From positions 257,469-321,468 of the forward strand of contig CAYJKP010000002.1 in assembly GCA_964371245.1 (NCBI GenBank): a stretch of DNA of 64,000 nucleotides, in the 5' to 3' direction. This stretch comes from an uncultured Gammaproteobacteria bacterium (lineage in GTDB: Bacteria > Patescibacteriota > Patescibacteriia > JAHIZJ01). This document shows, one piece after another, positions 49,091-58,994 of the stretch (positions are counted from its first letter, which is position 1; every line of letters begins with the position of its first letter). Under the pieces are notes generated by a model. It worked only from the letters and a program-made list of their open reading frames with translations, had not been told where the DNA came from and ran no database searches. Made by a program: the position numbers and the translations under genes.

Positions 49091-50338
49091 GTGGGTGGCA
49101 CAGGTCATGCAGGGATCGTAGGCCCGCACCATCGTTTTAATACGTTGCTGTGGAACTGAGCGGGTGGTTTTCCCCTGCAAATATTCTTTCAAATCAGCCT
49201 CGAGGTTCGAGAGCATTTGAACCGTCGGTGTAATAATGTTGCAGGCGGCTATTTTTCCGTCTTTTCCTATGGTATACGCGTGATAGAGCGTGCCGCGTGG
49301 CGCTTCGACTGCGCCAACACCTCGACCTGCCTTCAGTGTAAATGTTTTCAGCGGCTGTGTCAGGGCGCGTGAGCCGAAGGAGCGGAGTAGTTTTTGAGCT
49401 TCCTCAAGACAGTGCATAATTTCAATTAGTTGGGCAAAGATATTATAGAGCGGGTTGTAAATCGGACGCTTCGGCAGATATTTGATAATTGATTTGGCTT
49501 TCGGATTCAGTGCCTGTTCGTTTAGGTGGAGCCGGGCCAGTGCGCCGACAAAATAACTCCGGCCTTTCCAATAGGCGCGTTTCGACATTTCGTACGGTCG
49601 CTGAATCTCGGTGACGTCGTGTTCAAATTGCTTTACTGGAATACTCAATCCCGTTGTCGAACGGATGGCGTCGCCCTGGTAAAAGGCATAATGACTGTTG
49701 CTGACCAGCGCGTAGTATTCGGTCGGCCGAGTGAACTCTGGAAACTGGATACCTTTATATACTTCGACCAGCGCCCAGACGTGATCAATGATTTCCGGAA
49801 TCTCCCGGCTCAGTTTATGGAGCTCGTCCGGTTTGGGTAGTTTCGTAAAGCCGCCCACTGTCGTTCGGAGCGGGTGGATGCTTCGGCCGCCGAGAGTCGT
49901 AATCAGCTGGTTTCCAAAATCGCGTATTTTCAGGGCGTTTAAGGTGGCAACCGGGAATTTTTTCGTCAGATCGAAAGCGTGCGGCAGATTGAAATAATCG
50001 CCCAAGGCCATGAAATAGGCATGCAATGAATGACTCTGGATCGTTTGGCCGAGTTCCATTATTTCCCGAAGGATCGCGTTTTGCGTGGAGAGCCGGATAT
50101 CGAGCGCGTTTTCCAGAGCTTTCAGGGAGCATAAATTATGGACCACCGGGCAAACACCGCAGATGCGCGCGGTGATCAGCGGCGCTTCTTGATACGAGCG
50201 GCCGATAAGGAGGGCTTCGATTAAACGAGCGCCCTCATTGGTTTTAATCTTGGCCTCTTTCACCCGCCCGCCTTCCAAGTCAGCCACAAACCCGCCGTGG
50301 CCTTCAATCTTCGCGATGTGTTTGATTGTTATTTTCAT
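49088..50338 (-). CDS. hydA: [NiFe]-hydrogenase large (alpha) subunit, group 3b sulfhydrogenase type
   Basis: RICGVCPVVH N-terminal and DPCMTCATH C-terminal Ni-binding motifs; start trimmed to MKITIKHIAKIEGHGG. Confidence 0.85.
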   Translation of the reverse strand: MKITIKHIAKIEGHGGFVADLEGGRVKEAKIKTNEGARLIEALLIGRSYQEAPLITARICGVCPVVHNLCSLKALENALDIRLSTQNAILREIMELGQTIQSHSLHAYFMALGDYFNLPHAFDLTKKFPVATLNALKIRDFGNQLITTLGGRSIHPLRTTVGGFTKLPKPDELHKLSREIPEIIDHVWALVEVYKGIQFPEFTRPTEYYALVSNSHYAFYQGDAIRSTTGLSIPVKQFEHDVTEIQRPYEMSKRAYWKGRSYFVGALARLHLNEQALNPKAKSIIKYLPKRPIYNPLYNIFAQLIEIMHCLEEAQKLLRSFGSRALTQPLKTFTLKAGRGVGAVEAPRGTLYHAYTIGKDGKIAACNIITPTVQMLSNLEADLKEYLQGKTTRSVPQQRIKTMVRAYDPCMTCATH

Positions 50339-50348
50339 GGTGGTGTAA

Positions 50349-51146
50349 TTATCGTTTTTTTGTGGCTGCCGTTTTATCCGAGGCGGCCTTCGCCTGGGCA
50401 ATGAGCATTTCCTGAACACCGTAGACCTGGAGCGCGTGTTCGTATTCTTCCTGAGTGGCGTATGAGCGGATAGTTTTTTCGAGGCTCGCCAAATTCGGCT
50501 CGTTCACCGGTCCGCGGCAACCGAGACACTGCTGGCCGTGCCGCGTGCAAATCGCGTTGCAACCGGTCTGCGTCACCGGACCGAGACAAATGATCTTCTT
50601 CTGAAGTAAGCAGCCGGCTTGCACCAACGGACAGTCATAGCACACCGGGCGCTCCGGTATCGGCTGGAGTCTTCCGTCTTTAATGTCGAGCAATATCTGG
50701 GCGAATTCTTGATTGTTGATCGGACAGCCGGGAATAACATAGTCGACTTTGACATGCGACGCGATTGGTACAATCTTCGGATTGTCAATTTTGTCCGGTT
50801 TCGAATAGACGGCGCGAAGCGTGGCTTCTTTATTCGGTAGATAATTTTTTATTCCTTGGACGCAGCCGATGTGCGCGCACGTGCCGAGGGCGATTAAAAA
50901 CTTTGATTTTTTCCGCATTTCCTTGAGCCGGCGGATGTCGTCCTCGGTGATCGGCGAACCCTCGACAACCGCGATGTCGTACTGCGGCCGCTCGCGCATA
51001 TCTTCGACCAGCCCGAACTCGCCAAGATCATAGTGTTCAAAAATCTCCAGTAGCCGCTGACCGAGATCGAGGATGGCAAACTGGCAGCCTTCGCAGCAGG
51101 TCAGGCTGATAATACCGATGGTAGGTTTTTTTGGAAAGGTAGGCAT
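50349..51146 (-). CDS. hydD: [NiFe]-hydrogenase small (delta) subunit
   Basis: IGIISLTCCEGCQ proximal cluster motif. Confidence 0.8.
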   Translation of the reverse strand: MPTFPKKPTIGIISLTCCEGCQFAILDLGQRLLEIFEHYDLGEFGLVEDMRERPQYDIAVVEGSPITEDDIRRLKEMRKKSKFLIALGTCAHIGCVQGIKNYLPNKEATLRAVYSKPDKIDNPKIVPIASHVKVDYVIPGCPINNQEFAQILLDIKDGRLQPIPERPVCYDCPLVQAGCLLQKKIICLGPVTQTGCNAICTRHGQQCLGCRGPVNEPNLASLEKTIRSYATQEEYEHALQVYGVQEMLIAQAKAASDKTAATKKR

Positions 51147-51881
51147 TTAGATCGTCAGATTAGCGAGCGCGATCGCTTCGCGGGTATAATGCGCCAAATT
51201 TCTGACCTGGCGCGTCGTTAGTATTTCGCAAGCAAAACCCCAGTGGAACGATACCCAGTCGCCGACGTTCGGCGTGCGTATAAACGTTTTGTCGTCAAGA
51301 GAACGCTGGATCGTCTTTTGTGCCGGGTGGCCAAGGCATAGTTTTTGATCAACGAGTTCGAGTGGCCGGCTCCGAACATCAAATTCATCCGGTCGCACCG
51401 CGTTTATTCGTCCCCAGCTCACGCGACAGTTGTCCATTGTCTCGATCGTATGCTGGACTGCATGATGTCCAGTCCGCCAGAACACATTGAGTACATGGAA
51501 CGTATGGTGTGGCTTGGCGCCGAGGGGCAATTTGCCGGCTAAATACTCGAGAGACTTTCCGTCGAGCCGTTTTTTGAAGTTCATGGTTTCAGCCAGGTGC
51601 CGGTAGAACTCCTGGATTGGGGTTTGCTCAAGCAGTTCATTTCCGATCCAATATGCTTCGACCACCTTTTCATCGAATGGATCGTTGGTCTGATTGCTGG
51701 AAGCGATCAGCCGCAGATACGGCCACATGGTTTGAAAATCAATCAGGATTTCTTTCAGTCCGGCGTCAACTGTTTGGGTCGCGCCGTATTCAAATAAGTC
51801 GCGATTCTTATCCGGACCGCAATACAACAGACGGTTTGGCATAAAGGCATATGTTGTGCAGGAAAGGATGCCGGAGTTCAT
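51147..51881 (-). CDS. hypothetical protein within the hydrogenase operon
   Basis: 244 aa, no recognisable motif; translationally coupled to hydD. Confidence 0.35.
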   Translation of the reverse strand: MNSGILSCTTYAFMPNRLLYCGPDKNRDLFEYGATQTVDAGLKEILIDFQTMWPYLRLIASSNQTNDPFDEKVVEAYWIGNELLEQTPIQEFYRHLAETMNFKKRLDGKSLEYLAGKLPLGAKPHHTFHVLNVFWRTGHHAVQHTIETMDNCRVSWGRINAVRPDEFDVRSRPLELVDQKLCLGHPAQKTIQRSLDDKTFIRTPNVGDWVSFHWGFACEILTTRQVRNLAHYTREAIALANLTI

Positions 51882-52774
51882 ATACTTTTTGTATTAATCA
51901 ATCGTGAGGCGTTGCGTTGAAGCAATAGTAATGGAATTGCGCCCAGGATCATCAGCACAAAACCAGCCAGCTGATCAGCGGTGAACGACTTCCCGTCAAA
52001 TATTACCGTTAGTAGACTTGTGATCGGAAAACCGAGCGCCAGGATCGCCGTGGCCACCGTAACTGGCAAACGACGCAGGCCCGCATACCAGGCAATCACG
52101 TAGCCGAACAGAAGCGCGGCAGTCAAACCGGTCCAGCTCAGTTGCGACCAGGTAAGCTTTGCTAACAACGGCAATTGGCCAGTGGTTAACAATAAGTCGA
52201 CAATCACCAAAAGGCCGAAAAACATCCGACCCCAGGCAACGATCGTCGGGGAAATATCAGCCAGCGCGCGTTTCGCCAGAATAGCCTCAGCCGCCCAGAG
52301 TAATGTCGCGACCAGCACCAATCCATCGCCCAGGCCGATCGGCTGGAATTTCCCCTGGCTCATGAGCCAAATCCCAGCGGCGATGCTCGCCAGTCCGACA
52401 AACGACCACCGGCTGAAGCGTTCCTTCAAAAACACAGCCGCCATAAGACCAGCCCAGAGAAACATCGATTTGTGGATCAGCGCGCCTTGGCTGGCCGAGG
52501 TCAGACTCAAGCCCTTGAAAAAAAGCAGGAACGGCACGCCACCGCCGACAAACCCGATCACTACGAGCTTGTACCATTGTCGACGGGAGAGACGTCGCAA
52601 TTCTTTCCAGCGACCAGCGCCAAGAATAACCAGACCGAGTAATCCGACCACGGCTGCATTCTTCACGCCCGTGAAAATATACGGATTAATAACGCTAACG
52701 CTGAATTTATTGAGATAGATTGAGGCGCCGGAAATGAGCGCTGTCAGAAAAATATAGAGATAACCCTTAGACAT
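51878..52774 (-). CDS. EamA/DMT-family transporter
   Basis: 10 TM helices, duplicated EamA domains. Confidence 0.7.
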   Translation of the reverse strand: MSKGYLYIFLTALISGASIYLNKFSVSVINPYIFTGVKNAAVVGLLGLVILGAGRWKELRRLSRRQWYKLVVIGFVGGGVPFLLFFKGLSLTSASQGALIHKSMFLWAGLMAAVFLKERFSRWSFVGLASIAAGIWLMSQGKFQPIGLGDGLVLVATLLWAAEAILAKRALADISPTIVAWGRMFFGLLVIVDLLLTTGQLPLLAKLTWSQLSWTGLTAALLFGYVIAWYAGLRRLPVTVATAILALGFPITSLLTVIFDGKSFTADQLAGFVLMILGAIPLLLLQRNASRLINTKSI

Positions 52775-52961
52775 GGCTGAGGAGTGTTAATATTTTTTTT
52801 GCTTCGGCGGCCGGTACTTTTCGAATGGCCAAGTCCGCATTCACCAGCACCCAATCGCCAGCCTTGGCTCGCGGAATGAGGGAAATGTTAATGGCACCGC
52901 TTTTCACGCGGGCCGTGGTGCCGTTGATCGAGAGTATTTTTTTTGGAATCGTTAGACACAT
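52767..52961 (-). CDS. hypC: hydrogenase maturation factor HypC/HupF
   Basis: N-terminal MCLTIP (MCL[AG]IP signature); start trimmed from the longer ORF. Confidence 0.75.
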   Translation of the reverse strand: MCLTIPKKILSINGTTARVKSGAINISLIPRAKAGDWVLVNADLAIRKVPAAEAKKILTLLSHV

Positions 52962-52963
52962 CG

Positions 52964-53782
52964 TTAGATCGCGCCAGGGATATCTTTTATCGTTTGATAT
53001 GAAAAAACCGGGCCGTCCTTGCAAACATATTTCGAGCCGAGAGCGCAATGCTGGCAGACGCCGACGCCACAATCCATCCGGCGTTCAAAGGAAAAATACA
53101 TTAGCTCGTCGGGTATGTTGCGCTGTTTTAATTTCTCAAGACAGAAGTGATACATGATTGGCGGACCGCAGGCCAGGACGGCGATATTTTCAAGCAGCGG
53201 CACGGTGTCGAACAGGTTGGTGATCAAGCCAGTTTGCCCCTTCCATTCCGGTGTTGGTTCGGAAACGATCAATTGAAGATCGAGGTGTTTCTTCCAGGTT
53301 GGATATTCGCTTCGGAAAAGGAGGTCATCGGGCGTGCCCACGCCGAGAAAAAGCTGGATTTTCTGATTGGCTGGTTTCTGTTTTATGTAATCGAGAATGA
53401 TGGTCCGCATCGTTACAAAACCGCAGCCGCCGCCGAGCAAAAGGAGGTTTTTTCCGGCAAAGGTGGCCATAGGAAAACCATTGCCGAAGGGACCGCGGAT
53501 CATCATCGTCTGACCGACCGTTAATTCATGGATTTTTTCCGTCACTGAACCAACCCGGCGCACGGCAATCTCGAACCAGCCGCGCTCGAGCGAGCTCGAA
53601 CAGATGTCGAACGGTCCTTCGCCGTGTCCGAGTAAACCGGCGAAGACGAATTGTCCAGGCGTAAATCGAAATTCTTTCCGTAGTTTTTCGTCAACAAATT
53701 GAAGGGTATACAAATTCGTCCGCGTTGATTCTTTTCGGATCTTAACTATTTTCGCCTGGGTTGGTAGATAATAATTTTTCAT
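52964..53782 (-). CDS. hydG: sulfhydrogenase gamma subunit (FAD/NAD-binding oxidoreductase, 2Fe-2S)
   Basis: FNR-like fold; C-terminal CGVGVCQHCALG. Confidence 0.75.
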   Translation of the reverse strand: MKNYYLPTQAKIVKIRKESTRTNLYTLQFVDEKLRKEFRFTPGQFVFAGLLGHGEGPFDICSSSLERGWFEIAVRRVGSVTEKIHELTVGQTMMIRGPFGNGFPMATFAGKNLLLLGGGCGFVTMRTIILDYIKQKPANQKIQLFLGVGTPDDLLFRSEYPTWKKHLDLQLIVSEPTPEWKGQTGLITNLFDTVPLLENIAVLACGPPIMYHFCLEKLKQRNIPDELMYFSFERRMDCGVGVCQHCALGSKYVCKDGPVFSYQTIKDIPGAI

Positions 53783-54810
53783 GGCTTCGAAGGATTTTTT
53801 TTAAGTGACGGTTGGGACTTCCCGCCAGCCGGGGCTGGTGTTAGCGCGGCCAGTGTTTTTCGTAAATCAATGCCGACCGGGCAGACCGCGATGCAACGAC
53901 CGCAACCGACACAGCCAGGAATCGAGTATTCATCCGGGATGCGAACGAATTTGTGTTCATACCAGAAATATATCCGTTTCGCGATCGTATCGAGAAAAAT
54001 ATGTCCGCCCGCGACCTTTGAAAAATCGGGATAAAAACACGTTTCCCAATGCCGCTGACGTTGGCCGGATTTTTTCTTTTGACCGAATTCATAGTTGGTC
54101 GTGAAACAGAAACAGGTCGGACACACCAAGGAACATTTTCCGCAGGCGAGGCAACGCTTGCCGAGCTCCTCCCAGACTGAGCGGTGCCGCTCAAACGAAT
54201 TTTTCACCTTGCGATAATTCACCACCATCACCGGATCCAGGCCGGACTCTTTGATCGGGCCGACGTAGACGGAATTCTCGTACTCCGTCAAACCAGCTTC
54301 GGTGATGATTGTCCGGCCGGTTTTACTACCGGCGTAGAGATAGCTGCCAGTTCCGGTTTCGAGCACAAATATATCAAATTCAAGGTGCTCGAGCGTGTCT
54401 TCCTCGAGCCGCTCCTTGAAAATGCCGAAGCTCTTCTCGGAAACCGGCCCCTTCAGGTACCCGATGACGAGCGTGCGCTGCTTGATCGCTTGATAGACGG
54501 CGTCATGTCGAAAAACTTGATTATACAGTCCCAGCGCCCGGAGATCGACGATTTGAATGCCGAAAAGCGCCTGTTTCGGATATTCGCGTTGGTTCGGTTC
54601 CGTTATCGTCTCACCCTCAAATCGATACAACGTTTGATGCTGCGGAAAAAGAAAATCTTTAAAGGTATTATGGGTAAGCTGAGCCGAAAAGACGATTTTT
54701 TTCAGATCGGTAACCGTCGACAAAAAAAGCCCTCGGCTCTTCTGAGTCGGAGCAATGAGGGCATACTCGCGCTGGATATGTGAAAAAAGTTTTTTTATTA
54801 TCGGATTCAT
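53779..54810 (-). CDS. hydB: sulfhydrogenase beta subunit (4Fe-4S cluster protein)
   Basis: CLACGKCSLVCPTCFC and CVGCGRCIAVCP. Confidence 0.75.
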   Translation of the reverse strand: MNPIIKKLFSHIQREYALIAPTQKSRGLFLSTVTDLKKIVFSAQLTHNTFKDFLFPQHQTLYRFEGETITEPNQREYPKQALFGIQIVDLRALGLYNQVFRHDAVYQAIKQRTLVIGYLKGPVSEKSFGIFKERLEEDTLEHLEFDIFVLETGTGSYLYAGSKTGRTIITEAGLTEYENSVYVGPIKESGLDPVMVVNYRKVKNSFERHRSVWEELGKRCLACGKCSLVCPTCFCFTTNYEFGQKKKSGQRQRHWETCFYPDFSKVAGGHIFLDTIAKRIYFWYEHKFVRIPDEYSIPGCVGCGRCIAVCPVGIDLRKTLAALTPAPAGGKSQPSLKKNPSKP

Positions 54811-54872
54811 TGCGGTGATTATACCATAAAAAAACCGAGTTCACAACATCCGGTGACTCGTTTTTCAACCGT

Positions 54873-55634
54873 CTATTTAACCGAAAGCAGCCCGTCTAAC
54901 AGCTCGTGCCATTTCTCGTCGGTGATGACGCCGGGGATCGGATATCCGTTGATAATAAACAACGGCGTACCGAGCGTTGGCAGGTTTTTGCCAAGCTCGA
55001 CGCCATCCTGCAAATCTTTCGCGACCTCGATGGCGTTTATACCCGAGTCAAGGCAGGAATTAAACGTATCGGTATTTAAGCCGACTTGAACGGCGTAGTT
55101 TTTTAAATCGGCCACGGAGAGCGCATTCTGATTTTCAAAAAGCTTATCATGCATCGCCCAAAATTTATCTTGATCGTTCGCGCATTCACCCGCCTCGGCC
55201 GCTTTCTCGGCATCAGGGTGGAGGTCAGCCACCGGGAAATCGCGATAGACAAATAAGACGTCATCCGCGTATTCATTCATAATCGATCGAACAATTATTG
55301 AGGCTTCCTTGCAAAACGGGCATTGGAAATCGCCGAATTCAACTATTTGAATAGTGGCTTGGGAATTGCCAAATCGCGGGTCGTCTTCGGTTACGCCTGA
55401 GGGACCTGCTTGGACGACATCCGTATTGCTGTTTGACGCCGCCACAATGTTTTTTTGGAATATAACGAGTAAGCGCCAGGCAAAAAATGTGAGTGTGCCG
55501 AATAATGCCACGCCGAATACAATAAACAAAACCCCCCACCAGGTTCGGTACCAGTGCCACGTTTTCGGTTTGGCTGGCGGGGTAGCCTGTTTTTGAATTT
55601 GTGTTGGTTGGTTTGGCATAGTTTTCCTACCCAT
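54873..55634 (-). CDS. membrane-anchored DsbA-like thiol:disulfide oxidoreductase
   Basis: N-terminal TM; FGDFQCPFC active site. Confidence 0.8.
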   Translation of the reverse strand: MGRKTMPNQPTQIQKQATPPAKPKTWHWYRTWWGVLFIVFGVALFGTLTFFAWRLLVIFQKNIVAASNSNTDVVQAGPSGVTEDDPRFGNSQATIQIVEFGDFQCPFCKEASIIVRSIMNEYADDVLFVYRDFPVADLHPDAEKAAEAGECANDQDKFWAMHDKLFENQNALSVADLKNYAVQVGLNTDTFNSCLDSGINAIEVAKDLQDGVELGKNLPTLGTPLFIINGYPIPGVITDEKWHELLDGLLSVK

Positions 55635-55881
55635 CCATCATAGCGCAGATCGGCTGTTGCGTAAATACAAAAACCGCCAGGCGCGGCGGTTTTTGCGGAA
55701 TTGCCTTTTTCTTGGCCGGCGAAGCCAGTGGCCGATTGCCATAGCCCCGGAAATAGCCAGGGGTAACGGCAGCGGTGAAACCAACTGTGATACAAACGCC
55801 CGAGGAGAGAGATTTTTTTCGAACGCTCACATCGGACAGTCGATCCAAAGGTTCGCCGGTCGAGAAAGAGGCGAAGGTAGG

Positions 55882-55961
55882 CCCTTCTCTGAATCTGCTA
55901 GCTTTATTCTAGCAAATTCAGAGAAGAGGGGTAGGCGTGGCGGCATCGGTCGTGCCTACCC
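55882..55961. repeat. pair of palindromic elements (20-bp arms, then GGTAGGC...GCCTACC hairpin)
   Basis: cccttctctgaatctgctag/ctagcaaattcagagaagaggg inverted repeat; ggtaggcgtggcggcatcggtcgtgcctacc. Confidence 0.6.
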
Positions 55962-55979
55962 TTTGAAAGAGAAGAGGGG

Positions 55980-56369
55980 TCATCGGACAAGCATTCTCCG
56001 GATCTGGCGTTTCAACCGCTGCAGCGCGATTGGATATGCCAGTCCGGCCATCATCCCGACCCAAGTGCCAGCGTACTCAATCGGCTCGTTCCCGCGGAAA
56101 CGGAGAAGCCACGAGGCTGTGAGTACGATGATGCCGATGATGCCGAAGAGGAGCAGTTTGGGACGCGGGTAAAATATCGGTAGCCGACTGAAGATTGTCG
56201 CTATCGTGACAATACCCGCAAACCCGATCAGGAACGGGAACCACGCGGTAGACAATGTATGGGTCATAAAAACACCTCCTTCATCCAGTTGTCGGACCAC
56301 TTCCTCTGAACTCAGAAACCGACGCTTCTGAATTCGGAAAAAGTGAGGAGTCCCCGCACCGGAAGTCAT
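55980..56369 (-). CDS. small hypothetical membrane protein
   Basis: 129 aa, 3 TM helices. Confidence 0.35.
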   Translation of the reverse strand: MTSGAGTPHFFRIQKRRFLSSEEVVRQLDEGGVFMTHTLSTAWFPFLIGFAGIVTIATIFSRLPIFYPRPKLLLFGIIGIIVLTASWLLRFRGNEPIEYAGTWVGMMAGLAYPIALQRLKRQIRRMLVR

Positions 56370-56435
56370 GAACCGTCTGGTACATGACGACTGGTGCAGG
56401 GTTATGGCGTCTCCTCAGAACACCTATAAAGATCG

Positions 56436-56891
56436 TCAAGTCGTCACAGTCACCTTGAGCTCGCCGAAGAGTTGACGGTAGGTCCGCAACGCCTTGGCTT
56501 CTTGGCGATAGGAGGGTGTCACCTCGCAGGGTAGCGTGATGACGTATTTTCCTTTCCATTCGCCGATGCCCGGTGACGGCGACCGAACGTCGTCGCGGAC
56601 CAGCCTCCAGGCCTGATAGATCTTCTCGGCCGTCAGTCTGGAGTCTTCACCCGCGTCGACTATGATCGTGTAGATCGGAAGCGCTGTGATGGTCTTAGGT
56701 GATATTATCCCGTGCCAGATGACACAGGGATACCCCCAGTTATCAACCCGAACCTCCTCGAGCCGGCTGAGAGAACAGACCGGCGAGGCGTGATTCATGC
56801 GCACGTCAAGTTCGAAATACCTCGACAGACCGACGATCAGAACTCCGGTCATCAACGACGTTGTCAGACAGCCGAGAATGTAGCGCTTCAT
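56436..56891 (-). CDS. hypothetical membrane-anchored protein
   Basis: N-terminal TM/signal; first gene in a run of co-directional small genes. Confidence 0.4.
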   Translation of the reverse strand: MKRYILGCLTTSLMTGVLIVGLSRYFELDVRMNHASPVCSLSRLEEVRVDNWGYPCVIWHGIISPKTITALPIYTIIVDAGEDSRLTAEKIYQAWRLVRDDVRSPSPGIGEWKGKYVITLPCEVTPSYRQEAKALRTYRQLFGELKVTVTT

Positions 56892-57550
56892 GTCTTTGCC
56901 CCTTTCGAGCGAATCGTCTCTTCGATCAGCTCCACCACCTGCTTAGCCTTGAGTCGTCCCCGGGGCGTAGCTTGCAGAGTCAGCTGATAGTCATAGGCCG
57001 TATACGCCCGTACTTCGAGATACCAGTTGTCGCCCCAGAGCCGGAAGTGCCGGGGGTGGTCGTGGAGACTGGCGGTGTAAAACACAAAGCCTCCAATAAC
57101 CTGGGTTTCTCCGGGACCGATTGAATCCATCGGCTGAAAAGCCAGTGGATCAGCAAACGGGTCGCCCTTATGGTCTACGGTCGGGTATCTGTCCCAGACA
57201 AGCCGGCGCATGGCTTGTTCGTCGCGGACACCATTGCCGTCAAACACGGTCCAGACGTCGGCCCCTCGCGTGACACAGACTGGCACGAAGCTGGTCGCGC
57301 CCGTCATAGGAAACATCGTCTTACCGGGCGTGAGAACATGGTTCTGCGCCTTGGTAAGTTCCTGGAGAACTCGCATGGCCTGATCGCGCGGGACGTTGTA
57401 TGTCGTATGGCCCGACTTACCCGGCGCGCAGACGAACGCGCCGAGCACGACCGGCAGCAGCGCCGTGATGAGAACCAAGGCCGGGATGCGGCCGCCCTTC
57501 ATGGTGACATGAAACGTGGCCAACCGGTACATCAAACTCTTGACCCGCAT
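56888..57550 (-). CDS. hypothetical secreted protein
   Basis: RBS AAGGAGG; N-terminal signal/TM. Confidence 0.45.
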   Translation of the reverse strand: MRVKSLMYRLATFHVTMKGGRIPALVLITALLPVVLGAFVCAPGKSGHTTYNVPRDQAMRVLQELTKAQNHVLTPGKTMFPMTGATSFVPVCVTRGADVWTVFDGNGVRDEQAMRRLVWDRYPTVDHKGDPFADPLAFQPMDSIGPGETQVIGGFVFYTASLHDHPRHFRLWGDNWYLEVRAYTAYDYQLTLQATPRGRLKAKQVVELIEETIRSKGAKT

Positions 57551-57566
57551 GACTCAACCTCCTTGT

Positions 57567-57866
57567 CTAGAGACTTCTGACCAACCGGCTGCAGCGCGGA
57601 ACCGCCTGAAAGGCGATCGCGAAATACAGCGCTTGTTTCGTGATCAACCCGGCCACCCCGAGGTCCAGCTGGCTAACCAACAGGGCTTCGAGCACTCCCA
57701 ACAACAGCACTGCAAACGTCATCCGCTTCCGTAAGTGCTGGTAGGTCACGTCTCCGGGGCGCGGCCGTAACCACATCAGGCGGATGCAGATGACGAATCC
57801 GGCGACACTGGGAAGTAAGAGCATGACGTTCACTGCAATAAGCAATGCCCTGCTCCACGAACCCAT
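57567..57866 (-). CDS. small hypothetical membrane protein
   Basis: Start trimmed to MGSWSRALL preceded by RBS GAAGGAGGTG; 2-3 TM helices. Confidence 0.45.
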   Translation of the reverse strand: MGSWSRALLIAVNVMLLLPSVAGFVICIRLMWLRPRPGDVTYQHLRKRMTFAVLLLGVLEALLVSQLDLGVAGLITKQALYFAIAFQAVPRCSRLVRSL

Positions 57867-58177
57867 CGAACCCACCTCCTTCGTAGATAGCGCTACGTTC
57901 ACAAGTAGCCTGCGGCGGTGGAAGTCCCGAAAGAGAAACTTAGCATCTCGCCGTTTCCTCTCAGGGACGCTGCTGCTAGCCAAAGACGTGTTCCTTGAGA
58001 ACGTGTAATACTCATACCCGTTTGAAATGCATGATGGCATAAACCATCCCGCGCTTCAAGAGGTACCTCGCTGATACAGTCGTGAAAGACTGCGCCAGCG
58101 AGGCGATAGTGTAAGCCCGTATGGCTAACGGACAGCGCAATGATCAGGCGACCCCGGCCGAACAAACGACTCTTCGG

Positions 58178-58576
58178 TCAACAGCCGACGAGCCGTTCAA
58201 CCTTGAGTCGGTGACAGACGTAGTGCCCGAATCCGTACGTGACGAGCAGTACAAACACACGCATTACCGGAATGTCCTTGACCGCGTCACCCTGGTACAG
58301 ACCGAGCAGACATCCGGCAACAACCAGGACGACGACGAACGCAAGTGTGACATTGGCCGCAACGACATTCGGGATGCGTTTGATGAGTTCGTAGGCGACA
58401 ATAATAATGAACGGCGCGATAAACCCCACCGCGCCAGCAATCAGGTAGCTCACTTTCAACCTCCCGGCGGACATTTGTTGCCGTCCGTTTTCACATGTGG
58501 CGGATCCGAACGATCGAAGATTACTTCCCCGGTGTAAGAAAGTCGCAAAAACCGAGAAACAGACAGATGAGAGCAA
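58178..58576 (-). CDS. small hypothetical membrane protein (start uncertain, alternative ATG at 58474)
   Basis: Hydrophobic helices; no strong RBS at either start. Confidence 0.3.
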   Translation of the reverse strand: MLSSVCFSVFATFLHRGSNLRSFGSATCENGRQQMSAGRLKVSYLIAGAVGFIAPFIIIVAYELIKRIPNVVAANVTLAFVVVLVVAGCLLGLYQGDAVKDIPVMRVFVLLVTYGFGHYVCHRLKVERLVGC

Positions 58577-58775
58577 GCACGACGCCGAGACCGATTCCCG
58601 CGTACGCTGTCTTGATCAAGCCCGTCGCTTCGAGTGCAAAGCCGACGGCCAAGGCAAATGCTGATAAGGTAAAGAAGATGCCCTGGGGATCGCGTCTGAT
58701 GGCCTGGTAGTTGCTGAACCACAGAAAGACGACACTGGCGGCAACGAACGCTGAGATGATCTGACGGTCACTCAT
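58521..58775 (-). CDS. small hypothetical membrane protein
   Basis: Start trimmed to MSDRQIIS with RBS GGAAGGG; 3 TM helices. Confidence 0.4.
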   Translation of the reverse strand: MSDRQIISAFVAASVVFLWFSNYQAIRRDPQGIFFTLSAFALAVGFALEATGLIKTAYAGIGLGVVLALICLFLGFCDFLTPGK

Positions 58776-58994
58776 TGTAACCCTTCCTGGCGGATATTGA
58801 CTTCCATCCGCACCGAGCTGACCGGCATTTTTTATATTGCTGGACAATTCGGTGAGGAGAATTATGTACCTTCTTCTGAACCTGCGAACCGTGTCCGATT
58901 CCCAGACTCGGAAGAGGTGGAGAGGCGCGCGCTGAGCATGGAATGCGCGCGTCTCTCCGATTGTGGCCATTGCCCCGACCACGGGGGTGTTCTG

